64,000 bases of DNA. It comes from Ostrea edulis (taxonomy: Eukaryota). The position numbers were made by a program, and so were the translations under genes. The notes beneath the pieces were generated by a model. The model was given only the letters and a program-made list of their open reading frames with translations. It had not been told where the DNA came from and did not search any database. Location of the stretch: the NCBI RefSeq assembly GCF_947568905.1, contig NC_079164.1:1984001-2048000 (forward strand). The letters run 5' to 3'. Position 1 is the first letter of the stretch; each line of letters starts with the position of its first letter. Positions 24,456-35,500 of the stretch are shown here, one piece after another.

Positions 24456-26039
24456 ATGAACGTCTGTGTGACGGTGAAATCTGACGGTGTGTAGACGTTG
24501 AAATCTGACGTTGTGTAGACGTTGAAATCTGACATTGTGTAGACGTCAGAAAAAGACGTCTAAAAAACTTTCATTTTCAACAACAATCCAACGTAAATCC
24601 AACGTCAGAAATCGACGTCAATACAACGTCAATCCAACTAACTTTGCCTGCTGGGCTGGACTTGTGAAAATGATAGAGACTGATGTCAGGGGTTAGTACG
24701 AGGTAGCGAATCAATAAGTTCCCTGGACTTGTGAAGATGGGGGTATATTACTAGACCTGTTTTAGAGTTTGGATATTTCGGTGGTTCCTGTTTATGGCAA
24801 GTAAAAGAGTAACGCCTGCTCTTATAATGTATCACAGAAGGTTTACAGGGGCGGATCCAGGAATTGCGGTTACGCCACTGGTTTACCAAGTCATGGTAGC
24901 AAAAAAGGGAAGCAATCGGGGATGGAACCCGGTACCCTTCTACATAGGTTATCTAACCACTGAGCTGACGGGGCTAATATACAAAGTATATGGTAATATT
25001 ACTTCACTATAAAAAATTTAATCCTATTTCGGAACGCATGTACAAGAACTTCGTGTGAAGGAGCAATCTCTACCCAGAGTTATCGTTCCTTACACTCACT
25101 TACACCTCTGTAAACGTCTCAAGGGTTTTACAAGATTTTTGTAAAATGGCACGTATGCTCAAATAAAGTATGGTTTTGACTTCAGTTACAAAAATATACG
25201 CAAATAAATAAATATTGAGCAGATGTCAAGTCTTTTAGCATTGATTTGGGTTGAAACGTAGATATTGGGTAGTTCTATTGCACCAGGCCTATAGATAGGT
25301 ACATGAAGAATATATAGTAATGGAAAAAAAATATATACAAATAGTTGCTTGTCCTACATTTTCCAGATATTTTATAAAATAGTTCTTAGTTTTATTAGCC
25401 GTAAAAAAGTGGATTTACATGTGGAATAACATTGCTTATTTTGAGACGTTAACAGTGAAAGCAAGGAACGACAACTCTGAGTAGAGATTGGTATAGGAGA
25501 TGGAAATATAATTTTAAAACAAAATTTCAGAAACGTCCCGTATGATCCTTCATTCAACACAAAGCGTAAATTCCTTAATCAGTGCATGGTTTCAATTTAT
25601 TGGTTGAACATTGCACTAGTCTTGAGAATAAGATAAATTGCAAATATTTTCTGATCATCTTTTTAAAATTTTTTTTACACAAACTTCATAAAATATGCAT
25701 CTCTTTGATTTAAATACTGGTAATTGTTTTGTTTAAATGAGTGCAATAACACAATAATTAAAGGTAGATTTACAGGTAGTTTTTATTACACTATATTCTC
25801 TTTAGTCAGTAGCATAATACAGTGCACCTTGACATTAATTTCATTTAGAATTGATTTTTTTAATTCATTAACAAAATATTTTCAACTTTGATAGATATTA
25901 TTGAAGCAATGAAGCATATCTCATTATAACGCCTTTAGATACCGGGAGGGGGGGGGGGTAATTAACTGCAATTTACACGATTACCCATGAGGATAAATTT
26001 ACATCTGCATTGTTTTTCCAAAAACCCCTAAAATTTGCG

Positions 26040-26273
26040 TCATTTTATTGATTTCATCTTATTAAAAAATGATAGAAAATAGTATAAATGACTAAATAGG
26101 AGACATCTTTCAAGCCCTATAAAATCTGTAAAATCCAGGAGCTTCCGGGGGCTTCGCCCCCCTAGGCCCCCACCAGGGCTTCGTCCTGAACCCACAAGGG
26201 GCCTCAAGACCGCCTGCCTCATACAGTTGCGCCCCCCCCCCCCCCCTTAACCGCAATTCCTGGATCCGCCCTT
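26040..26273 (-). mobile_element. GC-rich-ended MITE fragment (CAGGGGCGGATCCAGG family)
   Basis: The end caagggcggatccaggaattgcggttaagggggg matches the 35-bp mini copy at ~24847-24880; left boundary not resolved. Confidence 0.5.
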
Positions 26274-27140
26274 GACCTGGTTATTAACTTCATGTTTCGT
26301 AAAACGTTTAGTAAAATTAAGACTACTTGAGCTTTACCATATATGCTTTTAGAAAAACTTAATAGCTTATTAATTAACTTAACTCTTACTAATCGATGTA
26401 TAATTAACGATTCACATGTATAAACATTCTGATGCAACTCAATTCGGCTCTAAGGTCAATCCGTCCCCAGTCGATCCGGCCCCAGTCATTCTGGTAATTT
26501 ACCGTAGTCAGTCCGTACCTCCCATATATACTTTTTATGAATATTTTCTGTGTACAATAAATTAAATTAAATGAGTATAAACAATGGATGAAAATTCTAC
26601 ACATACTTAGTTTTCTGTTTATTGGTACCGAGGTCAATCTGTTAAGAGTTTTTTTTTTTTTCCCGATCATTATTTTGTTTATTAGTTGGAACAAACTTCT
26701 CTAAACATCCAAGCTATACCATTATCGTGTAACTACATAGCGATGTGGAAATTTCTTTGCATTTTGTAAAATGTGATTTCGTTTCGTATGTATCGCAACC
26801 AGCGATGATTTTAGTGGAATGAATTTAATCATCACTTATTTCAGAATAAATAGAAGATTTTCTTCATGTCTCTTGTATATTATTTCTTTTAGATTCTTGG
26901 GGATTTCAAGTTTTCATCCTAAAAATTTGTATGATTTTCACTTCGCTTCGCAGTTATTTTTCAATCACTTACTTATTATTTCAAAATTTCCTGAAGTTCA
27001 GTACCTGGTTTCATAGAACGGTCCTCCCGCATGTGCACAGAAGGTCGGGGTTCGAATCCCGGCCGCGACAGACATACAAGTTGTTAAAACAGGTAGTGAC
27101 AGTTCCCTCGCCAAACGCTCGGCATCAGGTGCATATCACG

Positions 27141-27183
<43 letters not shown>

Positions 27184-27211
27184 CCGAGGGCCTGTCCCGA
27201 GAGTTAGATTA

Positions 27212-28564
27212 TTCTAACTTCATATCACGGGTCCTCGGATCAGATTCTAACTTCATATCACGGGTCCTCGGATCAGATTCTAACTTCATATCACGGGTCC
27301 TCGGATCAGATTCTAACTTCATATCACGGGTCCTCGGATCAGATTCTAACTTCATATCACGGGTCCTCGGATCAGATTCTAACTTCATATCACGGGTCCT
27401 CGGATCAGATTCTAACTTCATATCACGGGTCCTCGGATCAGATTCTAACTTCATATCACGGGTCCTCGGATCAGATTCTAACTTCATATCACGGGTCCTC
27501 GGATCAGATTCTAACTTCATATCACGGGTCCTCGGATCAGATTCTAACTTCATATCACGGGTCCTCGGATCAGATTCTAACTTCATATCACGGGTCCTCG
27601 GATCAGATTCTAACTTCATATCACGGGTCCTCGGATCAGATTCTAACTTCATATCACGGGTCCTCGGATCAGATTCTAACTTCATATCACGGGTCCTCGG
27701 ATCAGATTCTAACTTCATATCACGGGTCCTCGGATCAGATTCTAACTTCATATCACGGGTCCTCGGATCAGATTCTAACTTCATATCACGGGTCCTCGGA
27801 TCAGATTCTAACTTCATATCACGGGTCCTCGGATCAGATTCTAACTTCATATCACGGGTCCTCGGATCAGATTCTAACTTCATATCACGGGTCCTCGGAT
27901 CAGATTCTAACTTCATATCACGGGTCCTCGGATCAGATTCTAACTTCATATCACGGGTCCTCGGATCAGATTCTAACTTCATATCACGGGTCCTCGGATC
28001 AGATTCTAACTTCATATCACGGGTCCTCGGATCAGATTCTAACTTCATATCACGGGTCCTCGGATCAGATTCTAACTTCATATCACGGGTCCTCGGATCA
28101 GATTCTAACTTCATATCACGGGTCCTCGGATCAGATTCTAACTTCATATCACGGGTCCTCGGATCAGATTCTAACTTCATATCACGGGTCCTCGGATCAG
28201 ATTCTAACTTCATATCACGGGTCCTCGGATCAGATTCTAACTTCATATCACGGGTCCTCGGATCAGATTCTAACTTCATATCACGGGTCCTCGGATCAGA
28301 TTCTAACTTCATATCACGGGTCCTCGGATCAGATTCTAACTTCATATCACGGGTCCTCGGATCAGATTCTAACTTCATATCACGGGTCCTCGGATCAGAT
28401 TCTAACTTCATATCACGGGTCCTCGGATCAGATTCTAACTTCATATCACGGGTCCTCGGATCAGATTCTAACTTCATATCACGGGTCCTCGGATCAGATT
28501 CTAACTTCATATCACGGGTCCTCGGATCAGATTCTAACTTCATATCACGGGTCCTCGGATCAGA
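27212..28564. repeat. Perfect 33-bp tandem array, 41 copies
   Basis: Unit TTCTAACTTCATATCACGGGTCCTCGGATCAGA; 1353 bp = 41 x 33; no variant units or spacers seen. Confidence 0.95.
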
Positions 28565-28630
28565 TGACCTTAAAAACGGATGTCCCGTATCACAGTTGGT
28601 GTGGCACACTAACAGATTGACTAAAGAACC

Positions 28631-28712
28631 GGGTTACCCTTATTCTCTTTAGAGAAGTCGAGAGGCATGGCCCGTTCAGAAGCATATATACTTCTCTAAA
28701 AGAGAATAGGTT
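28631..28712. mobile_element. Small fold-back MITE nested in the SINE
   Basis: ~27-bp inverted repeats gggttacccttattctctttagagaagt / acttctctaaaagagaataggttaccc. Confidence 0.6.
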
Positions 28713-28771
28713 ACCCTCAAGTGCGCGTTGGCCGTACCGCCTAGCATAGGCCTAAATTTGAAGCTCCTCAC

Positions 28772-28968
28772 ACCCGTAGCCAGGGGGAGGGGGGGGGGGG
28801 GGGTCGTGGGGTTCGTACGAACCCCCCCCCCCCCCCCTTGAAAACTACTAAGCACTATTAAAGTTGGCATTTTGTTTGAATTGTGACTATTAAAGTCGGG
28901 ATTTTTTATGAAAATCATGAAAATTCATAGTAAAAAAGGCATGATTCCAAAATTCAAATTAAGTGCCA

Positions 28969-29006
<38 letters not shown>

Positions 29007-29117
29007 CAGACCCCCTGCCGTAGTGGCACCTCGCGGTGCGAGGTGATAGACTCGCGTTGCGAGTCTATGTACCCCCCCCCCCCCCCCCCCCCTTGAAAAA
29101 TCCTGCCTACGGGTCTG
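28772..29117. mobile_element. hAT-like MITE with 8-bp TSD nested in the SINE
   Basis: Termini acccgtagccagg...cctgcctacgggtctg; TSD CTCCTCAC at 28764-28771 and 29118-29125. Confidence 0.75.
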
Positions 29118-30321
29118 CTCCTCACCAGTCTTGGTGACGTCTCTGACATATGAGTGAAAATTTTCAAGAGAGACGTTAACAAGATACAATCGATCAATCT
29201 AATTCATTAAATAAGCCTATGAGCCGAAGTAACTGGAGTCAAATAAACTGGGAACGGAACGACGAAGGGCCGGACGATTACCTACCGCGCCAGTCTATCA
29301 TTATCATGAATGGATGTCTAATCGTGAAATCAATGCCTTGTTAGTACGCACACACTGTTACCTACAAGGTAAGGTCTGTTAATCATGTTCATGGGTGTAC
29401 ATTTCAAGCATGTTGTTTAAATTAGAATATATCGGCTACGAGCATTTTTAATTCAATCTCAATCACATCCGGAAATCAGTCCATGTTAAATATTTTAAGG
29501 TCCAACCGAGTGCATGATTTGTTACATGTACATATAATCTCTATGATAGAGAATGTTCAGTTTAAAAGATAACATGTATGTATTTGTAGATTTTTTTTGA
29601 AAATGTGTTTTATGCAAGACTTTAAGAAAGATTCACTGACACACGTTTGCATTAATTGTTGATAAATATTAAATTGCCTTAAGTCAAAGATCAATTACAA
29701 GTGATTATTGGCGAATTAGGTTTCGTTGTTTTTTTTAAAATAAATAATGTAGACAATTTTTATAAATTACAAAATATTGTATATCAAATATTGCCAATTA
29801 CTCCAGTCTATGTGAAAGTTTTTTGGACCACAAAGGACATTCTGACCTGTGTAATCAATGAGCACACACTCGCAGGACCGAATCAATTTTTGTCAGACTG
29901 GAAAACCTAATGTAAAAAAGTGAAACACGTGAAAATGCAAAACCAAGGAAATCTTATTTATTATACTAGTAATACTATACCAGGGAACACTCCCGCATAA
30001 TACTTTAGACAGTCCATGCAGTTTTAATCACATTCATTTACATATTTGGATTTATGCTATATTTTTTACTTATAACACACATCTAAATGAATCTGCGTCA
30101 ATACAGTGAAGCTCAAAACTGGACACTGAGACATTGAACATTCTGGTCTGGTGTAAAAAATGATGCATCGGACCTGAGGCATCGCACATCGGTCAGGTCC
30201 AACAGTCCGATGTCTGTCGCATAAACTGCTACTCAATTCCACAACCCAATGCTCTTCGAATTCACTACCACAGGAATCAACAATGTCACAACCCAATGCC
30301 ATGCAGTTATACACAACTCGT

Positions 30322-30848
30322 CACATTCAATACACAACACACACAGTTACAATATTTAGTAAAGACACCCACCACATTCAATACACAACACACACAGTTA
30401 ACAACATTTAGTAACGACGCCCACCACATTAAATACACAACTCACACAGTTAACAACATTTAGTAAAGACACCCACCACATTCAATACACAACACACACA
30501 GTTAACAACATTTAGTAAAGACACCCACCACATTCAATACACAACACACAGTTAACAACATTTAGTAAAGACACCCACCACATTCAATACACAACACACA
30601 CAGTTAACAACATTTAGTAAAGACACCCACCACATTCAATACACAACACACACAGTTAACAACATTTAGTAAAGACACCCACCACATTCAATACACAACA
30701 CACACAGTTAACAACATTTAGTAACGACGCCCACCACATTCAATACACAACTCACAGTCAACAAAATTTAGTAACGATGCCCACCACATTCAATACACAA
30801 CACACAGTTAACAACATTTAGTAGAGACACCGACCACATTCAATACAC
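30322..30848. repeat. ~52-bp AC-rich minisatellite, about 10 copies, upstream of IAP-D
   Basis: Unit acacccaccacattcaatacacaacacacacagttaacaacatttagtaaag. Confidence 0.9.
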
Positions 30849-31325
30849 GATCAAATTTATGCATAATCAGCGATACACAGCCAATGATATACAATGATAC
30901 ACAATTCTCTTTACATGCAATATGCCTATAGACTTATATTCCACTATAAGCCAATGATATCTCTACATGCAATAGATAGTCCACTACATGCAATATACAA
31001 CTCATACATACATACACACAACCCACCACATGTTTGATTGCTTTTACAAGTTATTTTACATCCCCTTACAGAGACGCTGAAACTAGTCAAGATGATAACA
31101 AAATGATTTAGATAAATCATACTTGATTTTCACTTCAATGATAGTCTTAAAAGTACCTCCCAGTTACACTGTAAGAAATGCAGAAAGTTTTGTCAATCAT
31201 TATGAGCTATGGATCAATGACTCGAATAATTTGTGAAAATTGTATGTAATGTATACCTATGTAAGAATGATTTACTTATATATTTACAGGACAGAAGTGC
31301 ACTGTATACATAGAAAATCAAAGTA

Positions 31326-32531
31326 ATGATGCAGGACAATGATAGACATCTACCGTGTTCTATGAGATGTGAGAGGAATCGATTGGCTACATTTAGTAAT
31401 TTCCCGTGCTCTGAATTTGTCAGCACCCTTCGATTAGCACAATCCGGATATTACTACACTGGGAATGATTCTAATTGCCAATGTTATCTCTGTGGTTATG
31501 AACATTGTGAATGGACTTCCGGAGTCATTCCATTACACTGTGAGTTAAGGAGTACAGGCACTGTGGAGAACATACCAATACACCGCTCACAGCATGCTCA
31601 GGATCGACTCGTTCCCTCTGCACAGCCGTCTGCATCATCCTATTATCATTGTCCGAGTTCACACTCGGAGGAACCTAAAGTTCACTTCGAGTCTGTCCAT
31701 GCTCATCTATTATCAGCAACTTCCAGGGGTGTGTCTTCAAACACGAATGACAGAGACAGAAGTGGCCTCTTCAGAATGTTAAGACTACCAATAAACAGTA
31801 GTAGTGCTCCACAACTGCCTTCAGTGGATAATATCCCAAAACATTCTACGCAGAGATTATGCATGAGATTAAGAAACGAACAAACTGGCCGCATTGAAAG
31901 TTCAGCACCCTCTGAGACAAACGGCACCGAATGTACATCCCGTCGTCATTTATTACCCAGAATTCCCAGCGGATGTAGACGTGTTGTGTCAACTCCTCAT
32001 CGAGACAGTCCCCCAACAAACCAATGCAAAATCCCGGATAATTCAGAATCCTGGGATTGTGCACGAGGGGCTGTCTCCATGTGTCCCTCAGGGTCTAGAC
32101 GTCCTCTATCCGAGAGTGACACATGGCTTCCAGTGCCGGAAGAAAACTTCCGACTTAGCACAGCTGTGAGGAGCACCCCTGGAATTCCACAAACTCACAG
32201 GGAGAGGCTCTCCACTTTCCACTACTGGCCCAGCAGCCTCCCAACAGCACAGAAAATGGCAGTAGCTGGATTCTTCTATTTAGGATATGGCGATTCCGTT
32301 CAGTGCTCATTTTGTAATGGACGTTTGAGAGACTGGTCAGCAATGGATGATCCTTGGAGTAAGCATGCTCGAAAGTTTCCGCACTGCAAATTCATCCTAC
32401 AGCATTTAACAAAGGTACAGTTGACCAACTAAAAAAAATTAAACCGTACCATTTTTGTATTGTATAAGAAAGTTTCAGATTATTATGTTCCCCAAACAAA
32501 GTTTGGGAACATATTGTTTTTACTCTGTTTC

Positions 32532-32564
<33 letters not shown>

Positions 32565-35500
32565 TTTTTCTCCGGTACTTTTTTGTCCGGTAGTGTTCTC
32601 AGAAACTACAAAAGGGATCGATATGAAACTTTCCAGGATGATAGTATAGCGTTTGTAGATGTGCATAGTGATAGTCATTTTGTTTGCACGTGCATACACG
32701 CGCGCGCACGTGCATTGCAATTTTGGTACAAAAAATGGAAAATCAGAATATTGAAGGAAGCGATATAAAACCTAAATAGGATGATAGTATATCATTTGTA
32801 CATATGAAAAATAATAGTTATTTTGCCAGCACGCGCACGCATGCGCGTGCACGCGCATTACAAAATTTGTACGCTAACTTTGGAATCAGTCTAACTTTTT
32901 GGTTGTTCATTGAAATAGCTTGAAATTCATATCATAGGTAGATATTGAGACCCTTAACTGATTTACATAGTCAAAATTACCAATTTGCACGCGCATGCAC
33001 GTGCGCTTCATTTTGATTGGATAATGCTAAAACGTTTGTAACTATCTTATTTATGAAGCGAATGAGATGATATTCACAGCATATGTAGACAATATGTGTA
33101 TCTATATGTTGGTGTAACAAAAAATGCCAACGCACACGCGCATGCGCGTGCAACGTTTTTTAAATGTTCAATTTTTAAAGGACGATAACGTTTTTGTTTT
33201 TCATCAAATTCTATTCATATTAGGGGTTTAGATGTATCTTGGTACTCCTTACAAATTGCTGTGGTTAGAATTACTGCTCATCACGTGCATGCACGTGTGC
33301 TGATTTCTGATTGGACGATTTTAAAATCGCTATAACTTCCTTATATTTGGTGGAAACGTTATGAAATTCATACTGTGGGTATATGATATAAATGCCTGTT
33401 GAACGACATCAACAAAAATTCGGAATCATACACGCGTGCGCGTGTATGCACGTGCAACGCTTTCTTTCATTTCTTGGTACTGAAATGACCATATTGAACG
33501 TACTACATGTAATTAAAGGCTAAAATAAAATGATTTTTTCCTATAGATTCACAAGGACATCACTTTTTAATTGGGGGAGGTTTGGGGAACATCTGTAACG
33601 GTCCCCGTTACAATTAGAACTAGTTTGAATTGAATTTACAAGTATGCTCACTACGAATGTGCAGTCACTAGGTGACCTGAGTCACTCGTGAGCTATTGCT
33701 ATTGGTCTGCGCCTGTCATCGTCCGTCGTGCCTCAATAGTTGAACATTTTTAACTTCTTGATAACTACATGTACCATTCCAATTCTTTTCAAATTTGGTA
33801 TGAAGCAGCTTCAGTACAATAGGGATGTGAATTGTAAATTTCAGGATTCCTTAACCCCTGGGGCCTTAGGGTTGGGCAAAAATTGACCAACTTTCAACTA
33901 ATTCAGAGCAGGAAGGCATGTAAATTTCATGATGACCGGCATAAAGGTTCTGATTCCAGGATGGAGCCAAACTTGGCTTAGTACATATTTCACACCTCGA
34001 ACAAAAGTGTTCATAGATACTAAATCACGTGGTACATCCCCAGTCCAAGTTTCACGATTGTGTAACCATGCCATTGTATTTATCATTAGTCAACAATAAT
34101 TATCCATGATTGGTAATACTCACAGACAAGGTGACATGCTCTCTGAGCATGGTGTTTCTAATTATTTAATTAACACTGAAAATCAAATCAAAACACAAAC
34201 ATCATTAAATGTTTCAGTGACAAGGCCAACCAACAAAAACTTAGATTAGATAATTATGTTTTTAAGGTAGTACTCTACATCATCATAATGGCTGACTTCC
34301 TTTAAAAACATGGATGAAAAAATCAATATCGGCAATATTAGACTTTTCCTTTTCCATTTAAATACCTAGCCGAGTAGCGCAGCAGGTTAGAATACCGACT
34401 GCTGAACTGTAGGTTGCAGGTTCTAGTCCAGCAGGGGTTTTGAATTTTATTCAGATTACCTTCTACTAAAATTGTATTTTTTGACCAAAAAAAGTAAATT
34501 TAAAAAATTTCAACTTCAAAATATTGTTGTACACATCCTCCATTTTTCATCTATATTAAATTTCTCAGGTGTAGCATACATCCTTAAGACTCAAAATTAC
34601 ATCTAATTCTCTCCCTCCCTCTCTCTCTCCCTCTCACCACATGACTAACACTTCATCGAAATAAGATAAAAGGAGTACTCACCATCTTGTTTTAGAGCCT
34701 CGTTCACAAAGCGACACATCCAGAAATTAACTCATTTGAAATAAATTTAAAAGGCAGAATTGGTTTTACATCTCACTATCAGCATATATTTTTTAGTCAC
34801 TCGGGTCACCCAAACATTCTCTGTTATTCAAGATATTTTTCTGAATTAGTATCTAGAAACGAAAACAAATCCTCACAAAAGACTTGAGCTGCTACAAGTT
34901 TTGACTTCAATTTATCCATTTGTAAAGAGATGACACACAGTCTTGAAACATAAATGAAGATATTTTTAATTCTGTAGAAAATCCAAATTGCTTGAGAACT
35001 ACTCACTGCTGACCATTATTACCTGACTGTTGGTCAGTTTTGGGCCTTGAATACATTAGTACCTGACTGTTGGCCAGTGTTTGGACTTGAATACATTAGT
35101 ACCTGACTGTTGGACAGTGTTGGGCCTTGAATACATTAGTACCTGACTGTTGGCCAGTGTTTGGACTTGAATACATTAGTACCTGACTGTTGGCCAGTGT
35201 TGGGCCTTGAATACATTAGTACCTGACTGTTGGCCAGTGTTGGGCCTTGAATACATTAGTACCTGACTGTTGGCCAGTGTTGGGCCTTGAATACATTAGT
35301 ACCTGACTGTTGGCCAGTGTTGGGCCTTGAATGCATTAGTACCTGACTGTTGGCCAGTGATGGGCCTTGAATACATTAGTACCTGACTGTTGGCCAGTGT
35401 TGGGTCTTGAATACATTAGTACCTGGCTGTTGGCCAGTGTTGGGCCTTGAATACATTAGTACCTGGCTGTTGGCCAGTGTTGGGCCTTGAATACATTAGT

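Larger units (their letters stand above)
21786..24655 (+). mobile_element. Non-autonomous EnSpm/CMC-like DNA transposon (2870 bp) carrying a decayed DUF4806-like gene
   Basis: Termini CCCAGCA...TGCTGGG, 2-bp TSD CT, many subterminal GACGTC/AACGTC repeats. Internal exon-like pieces IMTNDVMSLMNIKG/RGKMAFGTTSVFQAVI (1-nt frameshift, ~23325-23418) and SAVHQFNAKEHEVREAVAKYLKYAPDRRGGGG (~23631-23743). Confidence 0.7.
27010..29200 (+). mobile_element. tRNA-derived SINE expanded from ~345 bp to ~2.2 kb by three nested insertions and a tandem array
   Basis: Segments 27010-27140, 28540-28612, 28713-28771 and 29118-29200 are collinear with the intact copy at 48951-49295. Confidence 0.8.

Noticed and set aside
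27165-28652. 495-aa (+) and 466-aa (-) ORFs of 11-aa repeats
   Set aside because: By-products of a stop-free 33-bp array inside a SINE; no synonymous variation and no gene context.
34367-34437. tRNA gene
   Set aside because: A/B-box-like motifs are present but the acceptor and anticodon stems do not pair; it lies within a MITE. The SINE heads at 27010 and 48951 are likewise not tRNA genes.
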